From contig RHPI01003369.1 of assembly GCA_009103225.1 (NCBI GenBank), forward strand, positions 1,285,490-1,349,489: a stretch of 64,000 nt of DNA, written 5' to 3'. Made by a program: the position numbers and the translations under genes. This document shows positions 1 through 14,502 of this stretch, piece after piece (position 1 is the first letter of the stretch; each line of letters begins with the position of its first letter). The stretch comes from Chlorokybus atmophyticus (Eukaryota; Plantae; Mesostigma and Chlorokybus algae). The notes below the pieces were generated by a model that did not search any database, had not been told where the DNA came from, and saw only the letters and a program-made list of their open reading frames with translations.

Positions 1-2417
1 TCGNNNNNNNNNNNNNNNNNNNNNNNNNNNNNNNNNNNNNNNNNNNNNNNNNNNNNNNNGGGGGGACATGTGGTCTCCCCCATCATGTATAAGGGATGTG
101 CGTACAGCACACGGGACTACATAGTGCTAGGTAACATTACAAGTCTACAAGTACGATGCAATTTTTGTGCATTTTGTGCATTTTGTGCATTGATCAATAT
201 GGCGCATAACAACAGTGTATACATCAAGTAATGTGTTGTATAATATCTATTGCAGTCATATGTATACGCATTTGATGTTCATGTGATGCATATTAAAAAG
301 TTAAATCTTTGCAATATGCATTGTGTGGATACAAACGATGTCGATACTTGAGTTGCAATTGTTAGCATGCAATTCAAAACAAGGTTTGCAGTATTAGGAA
401 TATAATGGGCCCGGGTGATTATAGATGGTGTAATATTCTACTGTGCACAAAACATGAGCATAAATCCTTCTTACACGCTGCAAGAATATTTGTTGTGATT
501 GGCAGCCCTCGTGTTTCTTAAGCACAAGCTGTGGTCGGCAACCAGCTTTGCTGTTCCGCACAGCCTAGCTTGACATCCATAAGATTGTGTCTTATTATGT
601 CTCATTCTGCGGTAGCAACGATTTTACAGCGCAATATTGTATGAGTCATAACTGCAATATACATTTCATATAACACAATTAACTCAGTAAGTTACATTTT
701 AAAGATTAAGAATGAAATGGATAGATGAAATGGATGCAATGTCTTGATACGTTCGGATCGGCAGCAAACACTTTTAACTTCGTAAAACATTTATGTTTAG
801 CATAGAACGACTTGTTCTCGATTATTTGTTTGAATTCAATATAAACAAGTTGCAATAGTTCATTTCTTGCAGACTTTATGGGGCTAGATATACTAGTACA
901 TCAATTGAGTTGTCTTGTGTATCCATCACAGTCATAAACATGGTTATTCTCACTGATAAAAGTAACATCGATCTGAGACTCATGTTGTGCATTGTTTTGT
1001 CAACATCAAACCTCCAGGTGCTTGTGCATTTTTTGTAGGAGGTCATTTTACCGCAGGCACAATAGCGGGGCATCGCATCCACACACAATGTTGTTCGCGA
1101 CATCATTGTGATCATGCATGATTATATCAAATGGGAGCAGTGGTGCTGCTTGGTTGTGCGTGACGGCGATGCACATGTACAAGTAGTGCGGGGAACAGTC
1201 TAATTGCCCACATGTATGTCAACAAGTCAGCACTGCTGGTGGCACCTTCCACACTAGCATTGACTTGCATTCACATTGCATTGGCTATGCATGCTGATAA
1301 GACATTTATATGACATGTGCATGACATCATGCTTGCTTCATGGCAGCGGACTGCAGCTGATGCGCGTAGCACGCTTGCTACTGCGGCGCTAGCCCTTTAG
1401 ACTGATTGGATGCCGACGTGACATAATCAACGTGTCGTATGAGCCAGACCACGCAACCTGGGAGAAGCCACGCGGCCTTTGAGGGGGATATGTTCATGCA
1501 ACAGCGTTCAATAGCGGCGGGACGAAGTTGCAGCGTCCTTGTCGCCGTGCATGACAACGTGCGTGGACAAGCAAGCCCAACCTGTGCTTCTCTCCTCTCC
1601 TCTCCTCCACACTCTGCAAGTGGTTAAGTGCTGCCATCTGTCTGCTTGCTGCTATGCACGCCCACCTGCTGCTGCTTGATGGTCTCGTGTTTGGCTAGTT
1701 GTGTTAAGTTGGAGTAAGCTGTGCATAGCTACAGCAGTTGCGGCGCTAGGGTATTACTGAACGTGACAATCACTGTATCACAAGCAGCAGGCTCGAGAGC
1801 GCGCGCAGCTGAGCATGGCATGAGGCGAAATCATAATCATTACCCCGCTGACTCCTTTGTGCCATCAGCCATGAAGACGCATGGCCTGGTTGAGTAGCTT
1901 GTCTCCATCGATGACATTCTTGCAGCTGCTAACGGGCTGCCCGCGCGTCCCATGAACCGGTTGCTAGGCATTGAGGCATGGTACATAGTGCGCTTCATTG
2001 CACAAATATCGGTGCGTGACAATTCAGCGAGTGCATGCAACATCGGTGTTGGTGCTAACCGCTGCAAACGTCTTCATCATGTGCTCGGGGAGACGCCAAA
2101 ATTATGCGACCCTCGTGACAGTGTTATCAGATGTTGCCTCTCTGACGATGATGCTATGGTGTTGTGTGGTTACCGAGCGTCAATTGTGCTCAACCTTTAT
2201 AATACCATTGAAAACCGTTTGTTAACGTGCATTTTAATAGCCCCAAAACCAATTGCTTGCATGTATGTTTTTACAGCAAAGTTGCGGTTTTTGCTAGTCT
2301 CGCTGCGAGTCTGGAGAACTCTATTTGAATCGCACCTGTAAATGCATTTCGTTGTCATAAAGCCAAGCACTAGCCTTCAAGGCTAATGGTAGGCTTTAAA
2401 TGGCTTGTTAGACCGAG

Positions 2418-2476
2418 AGTTGCGCCTCTAGCTTCAAGCAGTGATGTAACACTGCTAGTAAGCTAGAGGCGCAACT
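2418..2476. repeat. Hairpin: perfect 17-bp inverted repeat with an inner 7-bp stem
   Basis: agttgcgcctctagctt (2418-2434) is the exact reverse complement of aagctagaggcgcaact (2460-2476). The inner agcagtg/cactgct pair extends the stem. Confidence 0.85.
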
Positions 2477-2518
2477 TAAGGCCTTAAGTAAGCACAAGCT
2501 TCAAGCGCAGCAGCTTAA

Positions 2519-2666
2519 GGCTTACTAGGCCCAAAGTTGCGCCTCCAGCTTTAAGTGTGCAATACAGTAATACTGCCAGTGAAAGTACGTATTGCATTAA
2601 GTTATGTAATACAGTACATGTAATACTGCAGTAAGCTGGAGAGGCGCAACTGTTGGCCTAGTAAGC
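2519..2666. repeat. MITE-like element with ~30-bp imperfect terminal inverted repeats
   Basis: Left arm gcttactaggcccaaagttgcgcctccagctt pairs with right arm aagctggagaggcgcaactgttggcctagtaagc around an AT-rich core. It shares its arm motif with the 2418-2476 hairpin. Confidence 0.6.
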
Positions 2667-2897
2667 TGCAGCTTCAGCACCAGCCTCAGCTTCAGCTTCA
2701 GCTTCAGGCGCAGCAGCCGCGCCACAATCTATCCGCGCCACACGGCTGAGGGAGAGCTGCGTGGCTTGCATGTCACTGCACGTAAGCTGAAGGGCGGCGG
2801 CGGCGGAAAGCCTGGCCGTCTCCCATAGCCTCCAAGCGACCAGCAGCGTGTCACAGTGTCAGTAAGTGTGTGAGCGCAGCTTACAGCGTGCAAACGC

Positions 2898-5520
<2,623 letters not shown>

Positions 5521-7579
5521 ATGTAAGCAGCGTGAGTGCATTTGCATACCTTAATCATTATGTACATATACCACGTTCTGCTTGCATGCCGTTTGCTTAT
5601 CACCTTGAAGTTGTACCATCAGATACGTGTGATAATAACTGAACTTTGCAACCAATTGGATACATATGCTGTGCAGTGCAAGTGCATTGTTGTCGCTTTG
5701 TACCCTGTTGCTTTAGAATGGTGTACACTCAAAGTTACAAGATGTGTTAATTAGTAAGACGCATGGCCTTTATTGTGCATTGTCACGCATGTTGCTGTGT
5801 ACTCTTGAATGTATTGCAATGATGCGTTGCTGCAGTAAAGCCTTGCATTGCCAGCAACTACGTATACATGACAAGCCCTGCAACATCATATGTTCACATC
5901 AGCACAGGTCATAAGCATAAATCAGAAGTGTAACACTATTGACACCTTCCCTATTGAAGCAACACTGTACATGCGGCGCGGCCGCAAATCCTTCAGGTCT
6001 ATATCGAAGTCTTGAAAACAAAAGGAGCAGACAAAGAGCATCGCTTGCGCTGAGCCTTGGGAGAATTTCACCTAGCGGCGATGAGGAGGAGTGGTGACTT
6101 CTACATTTATGGGGTACGAAGGACTTGGCTGTTTGCAGTGCTGTGGTTACGAGCTGCTTATGCATGTTTGTACTATGCATCACCGTACATATTAGGTGTC
6201 TGGGTACTACTCACTAGTACTAGTGAGTACACTGCTACTTAGGAGTGTGATGGTCGAGCGGTGATGACACCATGGTGGGGTGCCTGATGCGCGCTTGCAG
6301 CTATACTGGCTTGTATGCATGCTTGCATATATGATATAAAGCACGTATATGCACCTCAGCATGATGTTCTAGATGTGTACACCCTGGATATTATAATTTC
6401 ACCATACGGGATACGGGTATGCATTGCACGTTCATGTTTACAGGTATATATGCGGGTATGCATTACAGGCCGTTCTTGCATATGGCAACAATACATGCAC
6501 ATATTGTTGTTTCACCAATGATGATCCGCCCTTTGCACTGCACCACCGCCAGCACTGCTAGCGATGGGGCAATGCAAAGGGTGGATCCTCCACCTTTTGG
6601 GCATTTGAGATGCCCGTGTCTCAAGTTTAGGGCCATTTTGCACCACGCGCGATCAGCAATTGACAACTTGATGGCGCGCGGTGCTGCATGGCATGAAGCG
6701 TGTGAAGGGGCATTTGTAACAGTGTGCAGCAGAGGGCCTTAGACTACGCGGGTTATGCAATAAGTATGCATAACGGTTTGTATGATATATACGCGTATGC
6801 AATAAACTTTGGAGAAGTATGGTGCAACTATGCGTATGCATTGTGGCCTATGTAGGTCATGCATAAACATGCGTGCATAAGCAAAGATGCATAGCAAGGC
6901 AAGCACAACAAGCAAAAGCAAGTTTCATTTTTCCCGGAGCCACGTACGCACTACCCCATGTGTTGTGCAATGGTCGTAGGGCAGGCAGCTGGCAGCGAGA
7001 TGCAATAGCTTAAACAATCAACCTGAGGTTACAAAGCATCATGCCTTATAACCTCGCTGTATAATACACGCGAGCAAGCATATATGTAAAATGCAATGAC
7101 AGCTTAAAAATGCAATGACAGCTTCTTCTCATGTTGTACTATCGTGAAACCTTGTCGTAAGCACGTCATTGATAGCCCATTAATAACGTATGCACATCAA
7201 TGCTCGTGGCAATTGCAAGCATTTTATGTGCATACGCCAAAGTGTGCTTTCACAAAGTGCTTACATCATGATTTCCTCATCGTATGCATATTGTGTTTAT
7301 CACCATGACCTGCTTGTATGCACAAAGAGCTTGCATATGAAAACTTTGAAGTAATATGCTTCAGATGGTTGTCCTCGATGTATACATATGTACATATATG
7401 AAAGAAATGGCTTATTTGGATTTGCTTAATTTGCGTGTGTAGTGCTTACTCAGGGTAGTGGTTTACCCCTGAGCAGATTTGTTCGCGTGATGCTAATGTG
7501 CATACGTTGAGATTGTGCATGGGAAGAGTGTGCATACAGAGATGTTGGTCTATATAATAAAGTCGGCAACAGTTCAATA

Positions 7580-7655
7580 ATGTTGATATATGCAAAACTT
7601 TTATTGTAAAAACAACCATGTTGATATATGCAAAACTTTTATTGTAAAAACAACC
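7580..7655. repeat. Perfect 38-bp tandem duplication
   Basis: atgttgatatatgcaaaacttttattgtaaaaacaacc occurs at 7580-7617 and 7618-7655. Confidence 0.9.
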
Positions 7656-8805
7656 TACTCAAGCCCATTATTTGCAACATGCTATTCAACGTACCATACT
7701 ACTATTTCAAATAGGCTATGCGATTAAAGAGTTTTGGTTTCAACAAACACTGAATTGATTGATGCGCACATAACAATTCACTCTTCAGTTATGGATTATA
7801 ATTTGTATATGAGATGGTGGTGACCATTGATGTTTACACAAAGTGTGTATCATGCCTATCTATGTTGAAACACGTAATGTAATAATATATATAATACCAT
7901 GCAATCGTTTGAAGTTCAGCTTACAACTGTGTGCTCGTTATGGAAGTCAAGTACCGATATTCGTATGGTTGCCCCGTGAGGAAGTTACCACATTCCCTCA
8001 AAATACCCCCGCCCCCCNNNNNNNNNNNNNNNNNNNNNNNNNNNNNNNNNNNNNNNNNNNNNNNNNNNNNNNNNNNNNNNNNNNNNNNNNNNNNNNNNNN
8101 NNNNNNNNNNNNNNNNNNNNNNNNNNNNNNNNNNNNNNNNNNNNNNNNNNNNCATCCCGGGGGGCTTTTACGGGCAATTTATGTCTCTAATTTGTGTGTC
8201 ACCCCCCATTGAATCTGGGGGGCGGGGGGCTTTGTTTGTAGGGGGGTTGTTTTCGACGGAATGCGGTACTCAAGTCGTGCTCTTGTGTCAATAACAACCT
8301 CAACATTCCTGTAAGCAAGGAGCGACAGCGCACCTTACCTCTGCACTGCAATGTCAAGGGTAATGAAACTCTCCAGGCCGCGTGTGCTTCGCGCGAGTCC
8401 TGCCAAAACACTGGATGTCACTCGTGAGCATGTTACCTGCAAATGCAATCTGCGTCATGAAGCCCAGCAGAACCCATACCTCCAGTAAGCTGGGCAAGCT
8501 GGAGACTCAAATTGGGACTGACTTCGGCTGCATGCGCAATAAGTGGCGGCGCATTGCACCAGCTGAGAATTACTTGCTGAAGCTGCGTGGCTTGTGTGTC
8601 ACGTCAGCGCAAGCTGAGGCGGAAAACCTGTCCGCCTCCCCTAGCCTCCAAGTGACCCCAGTAGGTCCACTGGTAGATAGCCAGTGAGAGCGACACAGCT
8701 AGGAGTGCATGCTCATGCTCAGGCGCAGGCTCTCCACCTAGCTTGCAGCCGGCTGCAGGAGCACCGAAAGGACAACCACCACAAGTACGGTTAGAGCCAG
8801 GCCAG

Positions 8806-8808
<3 letters not shown>

Positions 8809-8874
<66 letters not shown>
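8809..8874. repeat. (CT)n microsatellite (~33 units) followed by a short (GA)n at ~8903-8919
   Basis: Seen directly. The left flank (gagccaggccagg) is homologous to the flank of the 2965 tract (gagccagcccagg). Confidence 0.9.
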
Positions 8875-8876
<2 letters not shown>

Positions 8877-9109
8877 TNGTCCGGTGTGCGCCTGTGTTGC
8901 GTGAGAGAGAGAGAGAGAGATTGAGAGAGCGAGCATGTTGCTGCCAACAGCTACTGCTTTGTAACTGCCATAACATTATGCACTGCAAGCTAGCTGACTC
9001 AGCTACACTGAACCCCGTACCAAGGCATATCGCTGAGCAAGCTGCATTAGTTGACCACTTGGCCAGTTTTGCAGGCTTCTTGAACCTCAGCTGTGTTGTG
9101 CAATGCCAG

Positions 9110-10036
9110 ATGCAGGACGGGGAGGGTGATGATGCCGCAGCCCTACTTACAAGTAAGTTACCAGTCATGCAGCGGATTGTGCAAGTGCGCTGATGTGTGC
9201 ATGCACGCGTGCACATGCGGCATCATGTGATGCCCACGCATGAGGTTGCCCACACATGAGGCAAGTTTGATCTTAGATGATATAGAGCAACAACAAAGGT
9301 AAATCAGTTATTGTATGTACAAGTACATCTGCACATGCAGGCGAGCATGATGCAGAGAAAAACCGCTTGAAGGCTCTCGCCAACAGTTATACGTCCACCA
9401 AGTCCGTGGGCCAGCTCTCCTTGACATGTAAGTCTGCATGCGCTGCTCTCGCTTTGACTGTCATGGGGAGAAAACAATGTGCGTGCGTGCGTGCGTTACC
9501 TTGCACATGTATACAGTTGCAAACATCACGAGTCTGGCAACGCTTTACGTACGAGCGTCTGAAGCCAATAGCTCCTCGTTCCATTTCCGCGCAGCCGTCA
9601 TGGGACTTGTCATCACAACCATCGCCCTTAGTGGCTTCGTCCTCTTGTTGCAAGTGAGTTATGTGTGTGCATGCTACCAAGACGCATAGGCCATGGCCAT
9701 CATTATTTTGTTAATCATCATATTAATAGTGAAGCATCACGAGCAATCACATCAACCCACATGCTGCCCTCTTTTCTTGCATGATTTTGTTACGTGCAAC
9801 ATGTTAAGGCTACATTGGTGGTGTCGTCCGCGGAGACTAAACCACCAGACAGGGTCAGCAACCTGTTTCCAAAAGAGTCAGAGGAGGACGCTGAGAAGCA
9901 AGTGTTTCGTGTATGGCAACGCGAATTGAACAGAATCACAACTCTCCTGACTGTACTCATTCTGATTCTTACCTTTTTGATTACCGTGTTGAGTATACAG
10001 GGTCACTTGTTCAGTGCAGCCCCACCGGGCACGTAG
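9110..10036 (+). CDS. Ninjurin-like small membrane protein, copy B (spliced; true start uncertain)
   Basis: Exons are 9110-9152, 9341-9427, 9517-9653 and 9809-10036, with the same intron positions and phases as copy A. Core sequence: LKALANSYTSTKSVGQLSLTFANITSLATLYVRASEANSSSFHFRAAVMGLVITTIALSGFVLLLQATLVVSSAETKPPDRVSNLFPKESEEDAEKQVFRVWQRELNRITTLLTVLILILTFLITVLSIQGHLFSAAPPGT*. About 60% identical to A by manual count. Confidence 0.7.
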
Positions 10037-10510
10037 AGATAAGCAATGTCAGTATGTGTTTTGTACATATTTCGCATTCCGGTTTACATACGTTTTCACT
10101 TGGGTCTTTCTAGTACAATCAGCTCTATATTGATAAGCATCGGTGCATATCAGTCTATTGCCGTATTGCCACGGATTATCCAACGAGGAGAATTGAAAGA
10201 TTTGAAGTTCAATATAGCCCCGCAATATAATGCATTCATATTGCCCTTGCAGTTAGCTAGTAATCGATAGCTTGGATTGCCTTGTTGCTGAGCAAGGGGG
10301 TCTTCAATGCGACACCCCGCATGTTGTATTTATCTCATTGCGAATAATCCGTGGCGATACGGTATGATTGGTGCTTAAATACCCCATTCACTCCTCCTTT
10401 TCACACTTGGCGGATAATCCGGAATGATACGCTTTATGTGGTGCTTAAACACCTCATTCACGCCTCTTTTTCACACAGGCCCCCTCATTTGGTTGGCAAT
10501 CAATGAGGAA

Positions 10511-10528
10511 GGGGGGGGGGGGGGGGGN

Positions 10529-10593
<65 letters not shown>
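10511..10593. repeat. Poly-G tract (~83 nt)
   Basis: Homopolymer with one N. The poly-Gly/Pro ORFs here are artefacts. Confidence 0.9.
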
Positions 10594-10594
<1 letters not shown>

Positions 10595-11641
10595 TATATG
10601 GAGGTACATTACCCCGCTCCCTTTCCTTATACTCCTTACACTTCTGTTAAGAGATATGTAGCACAAGCGGCTGTCATTTTTGTTAAACAACGACAACGAT
10701 GTATACAATATAGTATGCTTAAGCTTGAGTAGTGTATCGTAAAAGATCAAACGGAATACATGTAACACAAAACATGTAATCATGCTAGTTGTATTTCACA
10801 TTAACATATTGTGTTTTGTACACTTCATTTTTTTTATATGTGAGTCATCTTGCAAACATGTCAGCATAGCTTTCATTTTATGTCGATGCTATAAAGCAAG
10901 TGTGAGTGCTATTCTTGTTGAACTCCAACAATCTAAACAAGAACACTTTATGCCATTCGCGAAACATTATTACCATCACTCCGTAAAACTTGTTTAGACA
11001 AAATATAAGTGACACCCTTTCTGTATTTAAAGTGAAACCCTTTTCTTTAAAAAATGAAACCCTTATCAATACGGTTCCCAGCTTTGCGTGCCGTGGACAA
11101 CCAAACATATGCACCAATAGCAGCGTACAATGATTAACATTGTCGTTTTTTTATTATCAAATACATATAATGTCAATTCTATCATATTCGTCACGCGTTA
11201 CATAAAATCAATTGAATTACAAATGCTAACGAAGCAATTGTAATGCTTCTCTTGTTGTACGTAACCATGAAAAAAACTACACTGCGTATCGCATATCATG
11301 CGCAATAATTGATATCACGTGAAACTTATATCAATAATAACACATTTGATTTTGGCAAATAAACCATAACAACGTGTACATATGAATTGCACCAATGTGT
11401 GTAAGCGAAACACTGCGTGCGTCTGTTTTGACACTGGTATGCTGTGAAGTAACTATGCAGTATATGTCACATTGGTGTAGCATGATGTCATACCATGATG
11501 TTATATTGAACGTTGATTGTGATGCAACATGCTTGAGTGGAAAATCTCACTGTCTTTCTTTCTGGGTAACGAGTAGATCTCAGGCAGTCAATCTCCCCAT
11601 CTCTTGCCACATCGGCGAATTCATTGTTCCAGACCCCAGCC

Positions 11642-13895
11642 ATGGCCACCTCCCTGGCGGCAGCGGCAGCGGCGGCAGTGTCCTCGTCGTCGTCATGCAG
11701 CTACCAGACGGTCGGAGCGCCCGCTGCCTGCGCAAGGGGACAGCGAGCCCGCCCTAGCAGCAGTAGCAAACCGTCTCGCAGACCGAGCGCCTCACCAGCG
11801 CTGAGGCATGGGGAAAGAGCTGGCCTGGTGGCGGCGGCGGCGAGTGGTGACTCTGCTAGGGTACGCAAGATTGACAATTTGTTTGCAGTGAGTGCAGTTT
11901 TAAGCTTGTGCGTGCTGCTGAAGAAGTCTGGTGCTTGAGCGGCTAGGACACTACACCGGGGTGCAATTGCGTGCATACCTGCTTGCCTGCATGCACAGGC
12001 AGGCATGCTAGCAAGCATGATTGCAAGCATGCACTTGCACGCCAGCATATGTCTTGCATATCGCTTGCTAGCAAGCATACATGCAAGCATATGTACTCCG
12101 TCGCCAAATGCACAATGCCAGCTGTTATCTGCTGCTGTTTGCGTGCTGCTGCTGCTGGTGCTGATACTGATCGACTGTCATGCAGCAGCAGACCAAGTCC
12201 CAAACTAAGACGGAGCTCGCCTCACCCAGCAGCACCCTGAGCCCCGTCAGTCTGGAATCCATTGCCGCCGACCCTTCAGCCGGCTCTGTGGTAAGCACCG
12301 CCAAACACCTGCAGTGTTGGTTTCTTGTCGTGTGCTGGATTGCCAGTTGCTGTTCCAGCGTAGTGTGTTCAGACAATCAACGGTTCGTTTGTGCTTTGGT
12401 GATCTGACAAAAGTCAGATCACCAAAGCACAAACAAGGCTGGGTGACTTGTTGAATGGACCGAACAATGAATCAATTGGTTATGCGCTATGCGTTGTCGT
12501 TACACTCTCAAGCATTCCGTTTTTCGTCGCTCGTTAGCTCTTTCAACTTGCACAGTTGTTGCTGCATTGCCCGGACCGTTCATACGTCTAAGCATACATC
12601 AATTGGTTGAAAGACCTGCGCTTTGCATTGGGTTAGTCACATTCATGACGCACACGCGCGCGCGTGCGTGTGCGCGTTTGTGTGCACGCGCGCACACCCA
12701 TGCGCACGCGTGCGCACGTATACACGGTTACACGTACCTGTCAGGCTCATGAGCACACATGCGCGTGCCCCCGCACACACATCCATTGCCACAGGCACGG
12801 CCGAGCACGCTTGAGGCCGTCTCGTCCGACTTTGCTGCGGCGTCGGTGGTGCGCCGTTACTACGACGCCTTCAACGTGCGCGACGTCGACGCGGCCGTGG
12901 CATGCTTCGCTGAGGACGTTGTGTACGAAGACCTCGTGTACGGGAAGGCGTTCCGAAGCGCAAAGGTGCCGCATTGGTGGATGGTTGATTGGGAAGTCAA
13001 CTCAATGGCCATGGGATGTGCTGCCCTTAACTGCTCGTTTGTGCCACGTGCATGCATGCAGACTATGATGTGTGCGCTTGCTGTGTGTATGGGTATGCAT
13101 GCGCACGCGTGCGCTTGTGCATTTGCGTGCGTGAGTGTACATGCGCTGGTCATCATGCGTGCGTGCGAGTGCATTCGTGCGCATGTGCAGGCGAGTGGGT
13201 GCATTGTGTCGTGGTGTGCTCGAATGTCCCCATGCTCATGCTCACGCATGCACAACGTTAGACCAACTCTGGAATACAGGATGTGCGGGACTACCTGGCT
13301 GATGTGAAGAACATCGTCCCCGACGGCCTGCAGTTTGTTGTTGACGATATTACGGATGGCGGCGGCAAAGTTGGTGCTATTTGGCATGTCGGTAGGCCAA
13401 GATGTGCTTTGGTTGGCCCATTCTTTCACATTGCCACAATGTTTCAATGACATGATGTTGTTCTGCAGAGATAAATGGCAAGCCTTTCTTCTTCTCGAGG
13501 GGCTGCAGCTTCTATCGAGTTGATGTCCACAGCCAGAAGATAACGTGAGTGTTGTGTGTGTGTCTGCGTTGTATGTTGAGATGTGTATATATAAGTCATC
13601 CATCAAGCCACATTGTTTGTACTTCTCTTACTTTGCCTGTCTGCCCACGTTTCAGGTACGCGCGCGATATACCCGAGCCTGTGTCTAAACCAGGAAGAGT
13701 TGCTTTGGTACGCAGTTGGCAGGCACAATAACTGGAATGGTCAACACAACATGGACACAACAGCTACACACAATACATTTGATACATGTGCGTGCGCAGG
13801 TCATGCTGCGGCTCATCTCGGAGCTCACAAAGAAGTTTCCAGGGCTGCTGGATTTTGTTGACAAAGACGCCGTACTGCCGCCCTTCAAAAAATAA
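11642..13895 (+). CDS. Plastid-targeted NTF2/SnoaL-like domain protein
   Basis: Ala/Ser-rich transit peptide (MATSLAAAAAAAVSSSSS), then spliced exons VVRRYYDAFNVRDVDAAVACFAEDVVYEDLVY, DVKNIVPDGLQFVVDDITDG, PFFFSRGCSFYRV and YARDIPEP. Stop at 13893-13895. Confidence 0.85.
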
Positions 13896-14266
13896 GGCCG
13901 CCTCGTTGGGAAATAGACACTTCGTCGTCACCTTTGCGAAAGCACATCAGCTGCACAACTAACGCGCACTGCTTGCCACAGGGACAGTTGAGACAATTTT
14001 CCAGTTGCGCGGCACATTGAACATTTGTGCCAAGCAGAGCTGTATGTATAACATGTGTAATATCAGAGCCAAGGCAGCGTGTATATCGACCTGTCAGCTT
14101 CTGTGTTGATGTTGCATTGACAAAGACCTGTCAACAGTCTGACTCGCATTGCCCATTTCGTACACTGCACTGCTGCTGTTGTCACTTCTGCTGCGAATGT
14201 GCCGCTGACCATGGCGCTTGTGCAGGTGACTGCAATTGCCATACACATGCATGCATGTCTGTAAAA

Positions 14267-14454
14267 GGGGGGGGGGGGGGGGGNNNNNNNNNNNNNNNNN
14301 NNNNNNNNNNNNNNNNNNNNNNNNNNNNNNNNNNNNNNNNNNNNNNNNNNNNNNNNNNNNNNNNNNNNNNNNNNNNNNNNNNNNNNNNNNNNNNNNNNNN
14401 NNNNNNNNNNNNNNNNNNNNNNNNNNNNNNNNNNNNNNNNNNNNNNNNNNNNNN

Positions 14455-14501
<47 letters not shown>
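14267..14501. repeat. Poly-G tract spanning an assembly gap (N 14284-14454)
   Basis: G runs on both sides of the gap. Confidence 0.85.

Positions 14502-14502
<1 letters not shown>

Noticed and set aside
2028-2170. Segment SVLVLTAANVFIM..YATLVTVLSDVASLTMML resembling the LxxAN motif as a third Ninjurin-like copy
   Set aside because: The match is too short, there is no nucleotide similarity to A or B, and splicing to the obvious upstream exon gives a stop.
5940-6760. Protein-like fragments (QILQVYIEVLKTKG..; minus-strand CQLLIARGAK, ankyrin-like)
   Set aside because: They are interrupted by multiple stops and too short to assign a family by eye.
7087-7124. Short tandem duplication aaaatgcaatgacagctt x2, and similar small repeats at 160-192 and 11010-11065
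   Set aside because: These are ordinary slippage duplications with no CRISPR-like spacer structure.
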